Shown here one piece after another: positions 1-8,758 of a stretch of 26,688 nucleotides of DNA. Position 1 is the first letter of the stretch; each line of letters begins with the position of its first letter. Source of the stretch: an uncultured bacterium (GTDB taxonomy: Bacteria > Abyssobacteria > SURF-5); contig CAZSKP010000051.1 in the NCBI GenBank assembly GCA_964607485.1, forward strand, positions 1-26,688, written 5' to 3'. The notes below the pieces were generated by a model. The model was given only the letters and a program-made list of their open reading frames with translations. It made no database searches and was not told where the DNA came from. Both the position numbers and the translations under genes were made by a program.

Positions 1-487
1 CCCTTCCGGCATTGCCACCCGGCGGATTAGCCCAATGGAGGGTCTGGTCCACGGGGAGCAGATGAGGGAGGTAATCGCCGCTTGCATCTACGAGATCATT
101 GATCCACTTGACACGAATGGGCCTCTTCCACTTTGCCTCAATTGTGAAGGCGGGATAGTTGAAGCTGCCGCCCTGGGCCACCGTGCCGGGGGCTGCAAGA
201 GAACCGTAGCTCCACACCGTAGTCGCGGGCATGCTGGCAGGCAGGATCTGCTGCTGGAACTGCCTTACTGCTATCTCGTAATAGTCGATATTCTTGCCGC
301 CTTTCACTTTTATTGTGCTTGTTAGAGGCATGGCGGGTGGAATAACGAGCGGTGCCTGGTACTTCGGGATCGTCGTCGGATCCAGCGGCTCTGCAAACAC
401 TTGCGGGGACTTGAAATCCAGGAGTAACAGAAGTCCCGCAATAGCCACCAGGCCCGTTCTCAAGAATCGGACAATACTCAGATTCAT
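1..487 (-). CDS. Secreted multicopper oxidase (CotA/bilirubin oxidase-like), N-terminal part; runs off the window start
   Basis: Absent from the ORF track (no stop in window). Manual translation from ATG at 487, with AAGGAG RBS upstream, gives a signal peptide MNLSIVRFLRTGLVAIAGLLLLL, then IPKYQAPLVIPPAMP, YYEIAVRQFQQQILP, TTVWSYG, FNYPAFTIEA, RVKWINDL and HLLPVDQTLHWANP. These are typical of the first cupredoxin domain of CotA-like oxidases. Confidence 0.85.
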   Translation of the reverse strand, partial: MNLSIVRFLRTGLVAIAGLLLLLDFKSPQVFAEPLDPTTIPKYQAPLVIPPAMPLTSTIKVKGGKNIDYYEIAVRQFQQQILPASMPATTVWSYGSLAAPGTVAQGGSFNYPAFTIEAKWKRPIRVKWINDLVDASGDYLPHLLPVDQTLHWANPPGGNAGR

Positions 488-988
488 GGCTATTCTCCTT
501 CGTTATCAATCCTTTTTTTGTTACAAATGCTTGCTGGTTCAGTTCTCTTCAATGAATAATCCAAAAGGGTGACTCTCCATTTGCCTCACCTCTTGCGGGG
601 TGCCCCGCCTCTCCATGTCTTACATATAATCTCCTCCTTTCCACGACTGGCTGCCACAGCTGGACCACCAAATACTCTAAGGCCAGACTATTCATACCTG
701 TTTAGTCTGATTTTTGAGCCCACTTTAACACCTGAATGTAATCCCCGCAATACCAAATTGAAAAATTTTTTTGAGCCTTCGAATCAACAATAAGACGGTT
801 CAACACCCCCCCCGCGGCGCTCATAAGGAGCGAGAAGCTACTCGATTCTTGTGGGTCAATCGGGGGAGTCTGCTGCGTGAGGCTTGGTGGTTTTCAATGA
901 TTACACGAGAGGGGAGAATAGATTTGTGTAGTTCGTGTGATTTGTGGTCTAAAGACTCTCAAATCTTGGTCTTGGCTTGGGGGGGTTG

Positions 989-1669
989 TTACTCGACGGA
1001 GGAATCGGTCTTGACTTCGGAGGGTTTTTCCTTCTTGAGGTCCCGCACTTCGCGCTGCAGGTCGTGGATCATATCAAGGAGGCAGCGGATGGCCTCGGAG
1101 GTCGGGTCGGGCAGGTTGCCGTGTTCGAGGTCGATCGCGGCGAGCGTCTCGCCCCTCTTGCCATAGACGACTTTGCCGGGTATGCCCACCACGGTCGTGT
1201 TGGGCGGCACGTCTTCTATCACAACCGAGCCGGAGCCGACGCGTGCGTTTTCGCCCACTCGTATCGGTCCCAACACGGCCGCGCCCGCTCCGACGATGAC
1301 GTTGTCCTCGAGCGTCGGATGGCGCTTCTCCTTCTTTGTGCTGGTGCCGCCGAGGGTGACGCCGTGGTACAGGGTCACGTTTTTCCCCAGCTCCGACGTC
1401 TCGCCGATGACGACCCCCATGCCGTGGTCGATGAAGAAGCCCGAGCCTATCTTGGCGCCGGGGTGAATCTCGATGCCCGTGAGGAATCGCGAGACGTGCG
1501 AGAGCAGCCGGGCCAGAAAGCGCAGGCGGTGATTCCACAGCCAGTGGGCGAGCCGGTGAAACTGGATGGCGTGGAAGCCGGGATAGCAGAATATCACTTC
1601 GAGCGTCGTGCGAGCGGCCGGGTCGCGGTCGAACACCGCGTGTATGTCTTCTTTGAGCGTTTTCAGCAT
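989..1669 (-). CDS. cysE: Serine O-acetyltransferase
   Basis: Motifs RDPAART..E...[32 protein letters not shown] and GVTLGGT....KRHPTL, with hexapeptide repeats and a C-terminal [12 protein letters not shown] at 1669 follows GAGG; the ORF track extends to 1723. Confidence 0.95.
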   Translation of the reverse strand: MLKTLKEDIHAVFDRDPAARTTLEVIFCYPGFHAIQFHRLAHWLWNHRLRFLARLLSHVSRFLTGIEIHPGAKIGSGFFIDHGMGVVIGETSELGKNVTLYHGVTLGGTSTKKEKRHPTLEDNVIVGAGAAVLGPIRVGENARVGSGSVVIEDVPPNTTVVGIPGKVVYGKRGETLAAIDLEHGNLPDPTSEAIRCLLDMIHDLQREVRDLKKEKPSEVKTDSSVE

Positions 1670-1831
1670 CTTGGAACCTCTGTCGCTTAGGATAATTATA
1701 TTTCCTTTCAATTCATAAGTCAAACGCCTGCGGGTACGTGCGACCTGTTGAACCGAACCCGGACGTTCTGATACACTCTGTGGGCGAGCTTCATATTTCG
1801 GGCAACATGACGCCGAAGGGAGTAAAGGGAC

Positions 1832-2746
1832 ATGAAAACACTCATCATCTGCTTTTCTCAGACGGGCAACACGCGCAAGGTGGCCGAGCGCATCCGCGAC
1901 GGCGTCGCGGAGGTGACGGGCCAGTGCGAACTCATCAGCCTGGCCGACGCCGACACGGGCTCATTGGCGGAATACGACCTCGTTGGCCTGGGCTGCCCGG
2001 TATTCTACTTTCAGGAGCCAATCAACGTGCGCAGCTTCATAGAGAGCCTGCCCGCGCTGGCCGGCCGGCACTGGTTCATCTTCTGCACGCACGGCTCGGT
2101 GTTGGGCGCGACGCTCCATTCGATGGCCGAGCGATTGAAAGACAAGGGCGCCACCGTCATCGGCTATCATCATTCCTATGCCGACGCGACGCTGCCCTTT
2201 TATCCGTATCCCACGTTGACGACCGGCCACCCCGACTCGCGCGGCCTGAACGACGCGCGCGCCTTCGGAAAAGAGATCGCCGCGCGCAGCCAGCGCATCG
2301 CCGAGGGCGACCGGACTCTCATTCCCACTCTCGAGCCCGTGCCCGAGGAGTGGACGCGGAACGCTCAGATGCTCACCCCCGAGTTCCTCGAACAGACGAT
2401 GCCCAGGCTCCGCATCGACATGGAAAAGTGTATCCGCTGTCACGAGTGCGAGGATAACTGTCCGGTCGGGGGCATCGACGTCGAGGCCGACCCTCCCCGC
2501 ATCCAGAGCCCGTGCGTCTATTGCTGGTATTGCGCGAAGATATGCCCCACGCTCGCCATTGAGGCCGACTGGGACATACTCGTGACGATGGCGCCGGAGA
2601 ACTACGCGCGCTATCGTCAGGCGCTCGACGAGGCCGCCGCGCGTGGGGAATTCCGCTGGCTTATCGATCCCGACTCTCTCGACTTCGACGACCCGCTCTA
2701 CAAGCAGCGCGAACGCGAGCTGGAAGAATCATCGGAAGAGGAATGA
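1832..2746 (+). CDS. EFR1-family flavodoxin plus 2x[4Fe-4S] ferredoxin fusion
   Basis: N-terminal flavodoxin motif FSQTGNT; C-terminal [12 protein letters not shown] and [12 protein letters not shown]. Confidence 0.88.
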   Translation: MKTLIICFSQTGNTRKVAERIRDGVAEVTGQCELISLADADTGSLAEYDLVGLGCPVFYFQEPINVRSFIESLPALAGRHWFIFCTHGSVLGATLHSMAERLKDKGATVIGYHHSYADATLPFYPYPTLTTGHPDSRGLNDARAFGKEIAARSQRIAEGDRTLIPTLEPVPEEWTRNAQMLTPEFLEQTMPRLRIDMEKCIRCHECEDNCPVGGIDVEADPPRIQSPCVYCWYCAKICPTLAIEADWDILVTMAPENYARYRQALDEAAARGEFRWLIDPDSLDFDDPLYKQRERELEESSEEE

Positions 2747-2888
2747 ATCGCGCGGAAGGAGCGTTGCCCTCACGGACCGCGGCTCAGAAAACGCACCTCG
2801 GCGTGAGATTCGTGAGATTACCGAAGACGGGGTCTTTCCCCCGTTGAATTACTGTTGATGCGCTCCTTCAGCCATTGATAGTTGGCCC

Positions 2889-3698
2889 TTATGTGGCCTG
2901 AAACAAATGCACATCTCGTTGCGGGAAGGGAATCCCGACGCCTTCGGCGTCGAACCGCTTCTTCACGTCCTCTGTGAGCGCAAAATACACATCCCAATAG
3001 TCCCCCGTCTTCACCCAGGGGCGCACGGCAAAATTCACGTTGCTGTCGGCTAACTCCAATACCCCAATCGTGGGCGCGGGATCTTTCAAGACCCGGGTAT
3101 CCTTGGATAACATCTCTTCAATAATCTTCCGCACTCTCAGCAGGTCGGCATCGTAGGCGACGCCGAAAACGAGGTCTATGCGCCTCGTTTCCTTGGCGGA
3201 GTAATTGATGATGTTATCCCCCGTGAGCTTCGCATTCGGGATAATAACCTCCTTATTGTCCGGCGTCTTCAGTTTGGTCACAAAGACCTGAATCTCTTCG
3301 ACACTCCCGGCAACTCCCGCTCCTTCGATGTAATCACCGACCTTGAAGGGGCGGAACAGAATCAAGAGAAATCCGGCCGCGAAATTCGCGAGCGAGCCCT
3401 GCAGCGCAAGGCCGATGGCCAGGCCGGCGGCGCCTATCACCGCAATGAACGATGTGGTTTGCACGCCAACCTGGTTTATGGCCGCTATGACGACAAACAC
3501 GAGCAACGCAATGTACACCAGGTTCGCCACAAATGAAACAACCGTCGGTTCCACTTCCTTTTTCCGCATTACGCTCTCTGTCAGTTTCTTGAGGGCCTTT
3601 GCGATCCAGCGGCCAACGATGAGTATTACAACTGCTGCGACTACTCTTAGGCCATACAGTGTGAGCCACTCCTGCAGCTTCGGGATGATTTGTTCCAT
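2889..3698 (-). CDS. mscS: Small-conductance mechanosensitive channel
   Basis: GAAGLAIGLALQGSLANFAAG, FRPFKVGDYIE, TPDNKEVIIPN and GIPFPQRDVH. ATG at 3698 follows GGAGGGAG. Confidence 0.93.
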   Translation of the reverse strand: MEQIIPKLQEWLTLYGLRVVAAVVILIVGRWIAKALKKLTESVMRKKEVEPTVVSFVANLVYIALLVFVVIAAINQVGVQTTSFIAVIGAAGLAIGLALQGSLANFAAGFLLILFRPFKVGDYIEGAGVAGSVEEIQVFVTKLKTPDNKEVIIPNAKLTGDNIINYSAKETRRIDLVFGVAYDADLLRVRKIIEEMLSKDTRVLKDPAPTIGVLELADSNVNFAVRPWVKTGDYWDVYFALTEDVKKRFDAEGVGIPFPQRDVHLFQAT

Positions 3699-3904
3699 GA
3701 CTCTCCCTCCTGTGTTCTTATATCCCCTTGATAGCGCCTGGCAACGTGGACTCCCGAGACATGCGGATTGATAGAAGGCTCCCGCGTGTCCCGGTCTTTG
3801 AGGCAAATATAACGCCCCGTCTCTGCTTTGTAAAGATTTTCGACAGCGTTAGAACGCAAGGGCGGTCGTGTGAAGATCGGGAGCTGTGAAGTTCTTAGTC
3901 TCGC

Positions 3905-4555
3905 TCAGCGTTCGTCGGGTCTTCCATAGGTCCCGTAATGCTGAACCTGCGTGACCCTCTCAGCGAGCGATTCCAGGTCCGGAGGACTGCCTTCCATGAA
4001 ATGAGTTACGATGACGACCAGCATTGTTCCCAAGACCATTTGGGCGGCAAGCTTCGTGTCGGAATGACCGAGCATTCCCAGTCTCCGGCCGATGACCAAT
4101 TCCGTTTCTATCTGCCGGAGCATAACGTCATTGATTCGAGCGAGGATGGCGTCGATTTCCGAACCGAGACCAGGCGCTTCCCGGAGTATTATCCGAACAA
4201 GGTCGCGATCTTGATTGACCGCCTCAAAGACGCGCAGGTTCTTTTCCTTGATGAAAGCGAAGAAATCGTCCTTGTCGGAAATAGAGATCCTGGGGTCGTC
4301 GGGTTTGATAGGCTCCATCAGCTCCTGAATTCGGTCCAGGACTTCAAGCATGAGAGTATGGAATATTTCCTGCTTACCCTTAAAGTGCAGATAGAGTGTC
4401 CGAGGAGCAATACCGCACGCCCGGCTGATATCCTCCATGGTCGTCGCTCGAAATCCCTTTGCGGCAAAGATGGATTTTGCCTTCTCCACGATCATTTCGC
4501 GGCGACGCTCTCTGCGCATGTAAGTCCGTCTGCGCGTTTTCTGTTGCATGCTCAA
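3905..4555 (-). CDS. TetR/AcrR family transcriptional regulator
   Basis: N-terminal HTH IVEKAKSIFAAKGFRATTMEDISRACGIAPRTLYLHFKGKQEIF. The start is uncertain (TTG 4555 or ATG 4549). Confidence 0.92.
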   Translation of the reverse strand: MSMQQKTRRRTYMRRERRREMIVEKAKSIFAAKGFRATTMEDISRACGIAPRTLYLHFKGKQEIFHTLMLEVLDRIQELMEPIKPDDPRISISDKDDFFAFIKEKNLRVFEAVNQDRDLVRIILREAPGLGSEIDAILARINDVMLRQIETELVIGRRLGMLGHSDTKLAAQMVLGTMLVVIVTHFMEGSPPDLESLAERVTQVQHYGTYGRPDER

Positions 4556-4683
4556 GGGTGCTCTTTCTATCTCATTTCCCCGCGTTCCAAGGGAACTCGC
4601 TCGCTGGCAACTACAGTAATCTCATCTACCCATTCTCTCAGATTCGCCATTCTGATGCAATGCTGAGTTGCGCGGGGGCCCGC

Positions 4684-5694
4684 TCATCCCCTCCTGCCCT
4701 TCTTGAGCGCGGTTACGACACTGAGCGGAGCCGGGTCGAAGCTCATTGTCTTCATCTCGCAGAATCCGGCCTCGTCGAGAAATCCCCTCACCTCGGATTC
4801 GGTATAGGCGTCCCCACGCTCTGTGGCCACCAGCATATTCAGCGCGAGCAGGAGCGGAAACAATGGGCCCGACCGCTCCTCGTTGGGGAGCACATCCGCA
4901 ATGATGACAATGCCCGGAGCATCGAGCGCGTCATATGCCCGCTTCAACAGGGCGCGATTATCTTCACTGGTCTCGCCGTGCAGAATATTCGATAGCAAAG
5001 CGGCGTCGTGTCCGGCGGGAAGACTCTTGAGATAGTCGCCGGCCATCGTGGAAAGCCTGCCAGCAGCCGCGGAACGGGAGATGTATTCCGCCGCGACTTC
5101 GACGACGGGGCCCTGATCGAACACCGTGGCCCGCAGGTTTGGATACTTTTCGGCAAACGTGATGGCATTCACACCCGCGCCGCCGCCGACATCGAGAAGG
5201 TTGTTGTATCCGGAGAGGTCCACAACCTGGACAAGCACAGTGGCGCTGAATACGGACGTGCTGTGCATCGCATGGGTGAAGAACTTCATTTCTTTTTCGT
5301 CTTTCATGGGTTGGGCGACCGGCCCGTTTCGGCGGACCGCGTCGGCGAGTCCGGCCCAGAGCAGATACGACGAGGCTTCGAGCGAAACGAAATTGCCCGA
5401 ATAGAACGGCTTGCCCTTCACGAGGAACTCGCTCGATACCGGTGTGTTCTTGTATCTTCCCCGCGATTTCTCGAGCAGCTCCATCGCCACGCACGCGTCC
5501 ATGAGCATTCTCACCGGCCGGTTCTCCAACTTCAGCAGCTTCGCCATCTCCTCGGATGTCTTTTCTTCGTCGAGATGGCTGAATATATCGAGTTCGTTGG
5601 CGGCATGAAAGGCCCTGGCCTCGCAGTACGCATGGGCAAGATTCCAGAGCGGAAGAGGACTGACGTCGGGAATTTTGACTGTGGTGTCCGTCAT
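4684..5694 (-). CDS. SAM-dependent O-methyltransferase with N-terminal dimerisation domain (Methyltransf_2 type)
   Basis: N-terminal A.ELDIFSHL and Y.NTP.S..FLV; SAM motif LLDVGGGAG; GDY; ILH. RBS AAGGAGG upstream. Confidence 0.9.
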   Translation of the reverse strand: MTDTTVKIPDVSPLPLWNLAHAYCEARAFHAANELDIFSHLDEEKTSEEMAKLLKLENRPVRMLMDACVAMELLEKSRGRYKNTPVSSEFLVKGKPFYSGNFVSLEASSYLLWAGLADAVRRNGPVAQPMKDEKEMKFFTHAMHSTSVFSATVLVQVVDLSGYNNLLDVGGGAGVNAITFAEKYPNLRATVFDQGPVVEVAAEYISRSAAAGRLSTMAGDYLKSLPAGHDAALLSNILHGETSEDNRALLKRAYDALDAPGIVIIADVLPNEERSGPLFPLLLALNMLVATERGDAYTESEVRGFLDEAGFCEMKTMSFDPAPLSVVTALKKGRRG

Positions 5695-5775
5695 ATTAGG
5701 CCTCCTTCTTGAACGATGTTACAGGATACCGCGCGGGCGCGTCCCCGCCTCTATTCTCGTAATTCCAATCTCTAT

Positions 5776-5867
5776 ATGCATATATACAGTATGAATGCAT
5801 ATATTATCTTTTCTGCTCGATGTTCACATAGGAAAATATACCATGTAAATATTCATTTTATATGCAT
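5776..5867. promoter_or_regulatory. Two related 25-bp quasi-palindromic operator-like sites (5776-5800 and 5843-5867)
   Basis: atgcatatatacagtatgaatgcat vs atgtaaatattcattttatatgcat, 18/25 identical. The first extends to the 31-bp inverted repeat TATATGCAT..ATAC.GTAT..ATGCATATA (5773-5803). Confidence 0.6.
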
Positions 5868-5894
5868 ATTATCACACTTCTACGTGCTTGTCAA
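5866..5894 (-). promoter_or_regulatory. Sigma70-type promoter for the methyltransferase-tetR unit
   Basis: TTGACA at 5894-5889, 17-nt spacer, TAATAT at 5871-5866. An alternative -10 is GATAAT with a 15-nt spacer. Confidence 0.6.
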
Positions 5895-6044
5895 GCACAA
5901 ATCTCATCTTCGGTACATTCCGGCGAGAGGGGCCGGTGTTTCAGGCTGTTGGTGGACGTTCGACCAGGCCGCCGCGCGGGGGCGAATCGGCGAACGTTGC
6001 CAATCATGCGCGGCGCGGCTAGCGACGTCGCTTCGGTGAGCCTG

Positions 6045-6587
6045 TCAGGCGGTAGGTTTTCTCTCTTCTCTCTTCTTAACTGTCCACTCACCCACAGTAT
6101 CGAGCAACGGCTGCCAAGGTTGATAGCCCTCACATTCTGCCACAATGTCAAGGAAGTTTGATAGAATACGAAGCCAGACAGATATGGGCTCCTGCATGCT
6201 GTTAAGAATAATCCCTCGATCGGCCACTTGGTTACTGTAGGCAGTGGTTATGCTTTCGAGATGGTTGAGCAGTTCAATGATATGGAACCGAATATTCCAG
6301 TACCTATCATTGTCCGGTTCACATGTGTATATCTGCTTCGCTTGCTCACGGGTTAGCTCGTTCACCTTTCCGGTGGTCCGATCAGCGTCACGAATGTGGG
6401 GAAAGACCTCTTCGATGGCCTTGGCGTGGTCTGCAGTGCAATCGTTCCATTGGCACAGCATTTCTATGGCATGCTCTCGCCGTCGCCAGTCGTGATCGGC
6501 TCTGAGAGTGCGAAAGATTAGCCAGGCACCGACGAGTGTCCCTAATGCACCGACAGCTGTTGCGATGAGAAGACAAGTGTTAAGCAT
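6045..6587 (-). CDS. Membrane-anchored hypothetical protein, DUF4760-like
   Basis: One N-terminal hydrophobic helix followed by HDWRRREHAIEML, then LLNHLESI near the C-terminus; RBS GGGGGAG. The family call is from remembered architecture only. Confidence 0.65.
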   Translation of the reverse strand: MLNTCLLIATAVGALGTLVGAWLIFRTLRADHDWRRREHAIEMLCQWNDCTADHAKAIEEVFPHIRDADRTTGKVNELTREQAKQIYTCEPDNDRYWNIRFHIIELLNHLESITTAYSNQVADRGIILNSMQEPISVWLRILSNFLDIVAECEGYQPWQPLLDTVGEWTVKKREERKPTA

Positions 6588-6825
6588 ATCTCCCCCCTTT
6601 ACCCTCCTCTAAAGGGTCTCAAAGCAAGGCTAAATCTTTACTGAATAATTCAGAAACGAATTCCCATATTTCGGGAATTGAATTCTGGAATTCATCCAAC
6701 GATTCTCAGCGTCAAGTTTTGAATCATAAGCTTCTTTGGGAAGAGGTGTTGATGATGCCTCTATCATGAGCTTAGAGTTCAAAACCTGACTCCTCTTTGC
6801 TCGAGTTCCCAGAATTCGCCCAGCG

Positions 6826-7251
6826 TCACTTGCTAACAGTAAAGCCTCTTCTCGAAATCGAATCATCAAAGGTTCCGAACCATTCAATGAGTAACCCGTA
6901 CATCTTGACAGCGGCAAAAGCTGCCGATTCGGTCTGCGCGTTCGTGACCGTAAAACCCCTCTGCCAAAGCTGGTGAACTATGCGATTCCGACGACGGTTG
7001 AATTGGACGAGTTCATCCACAAATGTCGGAATCGGATAGCTGTTCTGACAAAGAAGCGTCCGATACGCACCGATCAGGTCGTTGAAACTTAGGCGATCAT
7101 CGTCCTGTGCAAGAACAGCGCGGAGCAATGATTCGGTCAGGGCGTGTACCAGAAGGTACGCCTGCACGAAATTGCCTTCGGCCAGCGAGCGAGCAACTGC
7201 CAACTCGTTGTCCTGAACAACCGGGGCGCTGTGAGTGGGATTGGTGGCCAT
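6826..7251 (-). CDS. Standalone HEPN-like domain protein (141 aa)
   Basis: Predicted helical protein with AYLLVHALTESLLR (conserved N-terminal Glu) and FNRRRNRIVH (RxxxxH motif). ATG at 7251 follows GAGG. Confidence 0.65.
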   Translation of the reverse strand: MATNPTHSAPVVQDNELAVARSLAEGNFVQAYLLVHALTESLLRAVLAQDDDRLSFNDLIGAYRTLLCQNSYPIPTFVDELVQFNRRRNRIVHQLWQRGFTVTNAQTESAAFAAVKMYGLLIEWFGTFDDSISRRGFTVSK

Positions 7252-7522
7252 GTGACAACCTCGATATATGCCGCAGCTATGCCCAATACGGGTCCTCCAG
7301 TCCACTTCTGAGTCGCGAAATTGCCCTACAATTTCCTGTGGTGCATCAAGACTCAGGGGACAGTTGCCCAAAGCCCTGACGCTTCATGCATTTCATGGAA
7401 AGTAATATATCATAAAGCAATAAGATGTTCAAATGTGAAAACAAGGTGTGATTAATTCAAGGTTTTCGGCCCGGGAATGGTTTTTGTTGTCTTGTGAGGC
7501 TTGCGTGCCGCGCTGTCAATTC

Positions 7523-7838
7523 CTTCGTGTCCTTCGTGGACAAATTATTTCGACATGTAAACTCAAAACAAGTTTCACCGCAAAGACGCGAAGGGCGCAG
7601 AGAACAACATCGCCACACCACAAAGGCACCAAGGCACGAACCCGAAATCCGCAGATAACGCAGATTTTCGCAGATGCAGGAAGAAAGACTTCTTCGTGTT
7701 CTTCGTGGACAGGTTCTGTCAGGTCAACCCCTATGCTCTGGGGACAGTCCCGAATCTACGCGGCAAAAGACGGCCGCCGTAATTCTTGGGACAGTCCCCG
7801 TCGCAAACCGCAAACCGTAAACCGGAGACCGTAAACCG
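7523..7838. repeat. Cluster of short intergenic repeat elements
   Basis: 20-bp direct repeat cttcgtgt(c/t)cttcgtggaca at 7523-7542 and 7692-7711; ~9-nt periodic units (ccgcagataacgcagattttcgcagat, caccacaaaggcaccaaggcacgaa); gggacagtccc at 7741 and 7788; five heptamer units of the caaaccg type at 7804-7838. Confidence 0.8.
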
Positions 7839-7851
7839 GGATGGAAGACCG

Positions 7852-8496
7852 CTAATCCTGCTTGATGCGGAGGCGGACTTTGTGGACGGTGGTCTTGGAG
7901 CGTTTGTCCTCGGAGTGTTCTTCCTGTTTGCTGACCGTGGCCTCGATGATGGAATAGCCATCGACGAGATACCTGAGCAGTTCCTCGCGTATGACCTCCT
8001 CGGCGTTCATGCCGGCGCGTGGTGAGAACGTGACCGTCTTGGTATGGATGACCTGCTCATCGACTCGGTGGGCGTATTCGCGCACCTGCTCGGGACCGAG
8101 CGAGCTGCCGTGGCTTCGAAGGATGTCTTCTATCTGCTTCGAGGTGACGCGCATGAAGTAGGGACACGTGCGCCCCTCGTCGAGGTCGATCTTGTCGCGG
8201 CGCTCGACTTTGTACTTGGAGTATTCGGCCGAGAAAATGCGACACTGGAACGGCTGGCCCGCCCTGGCAATCAAGTGCGCGCAGGAGGCACAATTTTCCT
8301 TTCTGCGCACGGGCTGACTCGAGCTACGTGGGCTCGCTGGCTTGTTGTCGGAGGTTGTTGGAGCGCTCGAATGTGCCTGGTGACCAGCCGTTCCTGTCGC
8401 ATCCTGTGAAACATCCGCCTCGGCCGCGGATAGGAAATAGTGCGAGATATCCTTAAAACTCCTGGTGATCTTCTTGGGATACTGCGCGCCCGGCAC
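7852..8496 (-). CDS. Hypothetical protein with N-terminal DISHYFLS peptide, disordered linker and Cys-rich probable metal-binding module
   Basis: KKITRSFKDISHYFLS, an S/T/P/A-rich linker, then CASCAH...FQCRIF...TCPYF. GTG at 8496 is spaced 5 nt from GGAGG; the ORF track start is 8502. Confidence 0.75.
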   Translation of the reverse strand: MPGAQYPKKITRSFKDISHYFLSAAEADVSQDATGTAGHQAHSSAPTTSDNKPASPRSSSQPVRRKENCASCAHLIARAGQPFQCRIFSAEYSKYKVERRDKIDLDEGRTCPYFMRVTSKQIEDILRSHGSSLGPEQVREYAHRVDEQVIHTKTVTFSPRAGMNAEEVIREELLRYLVDGYSIIEATVSKQEEHSEDKRSKTTVHKVRLRIKQD

Positions 8497-8532
8497 GCAC
8501 ACCTCCGCTTCTTTCGTTTCAGGCCTGAAGGA

Positions 8533-8687
8533 GGGCGGTTCCCGAACCGCCCCTACAAAAGAGAAAACATATCGTTGAATCTATCCGAACAGTGGACATT
8601 TGGAGCTAATCTTGTAGGTGCGAATTTATTCGCACGAACAATGCAAGAAAAGGCCGGGAAAATTGTGCGAATGAATTCGCACCTACA
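8533..8687. repeat. GTAG-family REP and REP doublet (REPIN-like)
   Basis: gggcggttc-cc-gaaccgccc-ctac (8533-8556); inverted pair tgtaggtgcgaatttattcgcac (8613-8635) and gtgcgaatgaattcgcacctaca (8665-8687). Confidence 0.85.
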
Positions 8688-8758
8688 CAATTCCAGGACA
8701 GCCTCTCCGCCTCCACCGCGCTCAAAAAGTCATCGGCTCCCGATACCGGCTCGGACTC

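Noticed and set aside
35-572. ORF-track entries 35..325, 138..509 and 294..572
   Set aside because: They are shadow frames of the multicopper oxidase gene, which reads open from 487 to the window edge.
500-988. Possible ncRNA or riboswitch in the long cysE to multicopper oxidase intergenic region
   Set aside because: I recognised no conserved RNA motif; an Rfam/Infernal scan would be needed to exclude one.
6630-6917. 95-aa minus-strand ORF between the HEPN-like and DUF4760-like genes
   Set aside because: It overlaps the HEPN-like gene out of frame and has no clear RBS or motif. A small gene or remnant cannot be excluded but is unsupported.
7523-7838. Possible CRISPR array
   Set aside because: Only two copies of the 20-bp repeat, 169 bp apart, with no regular repeat-spacer period and no cas genes.
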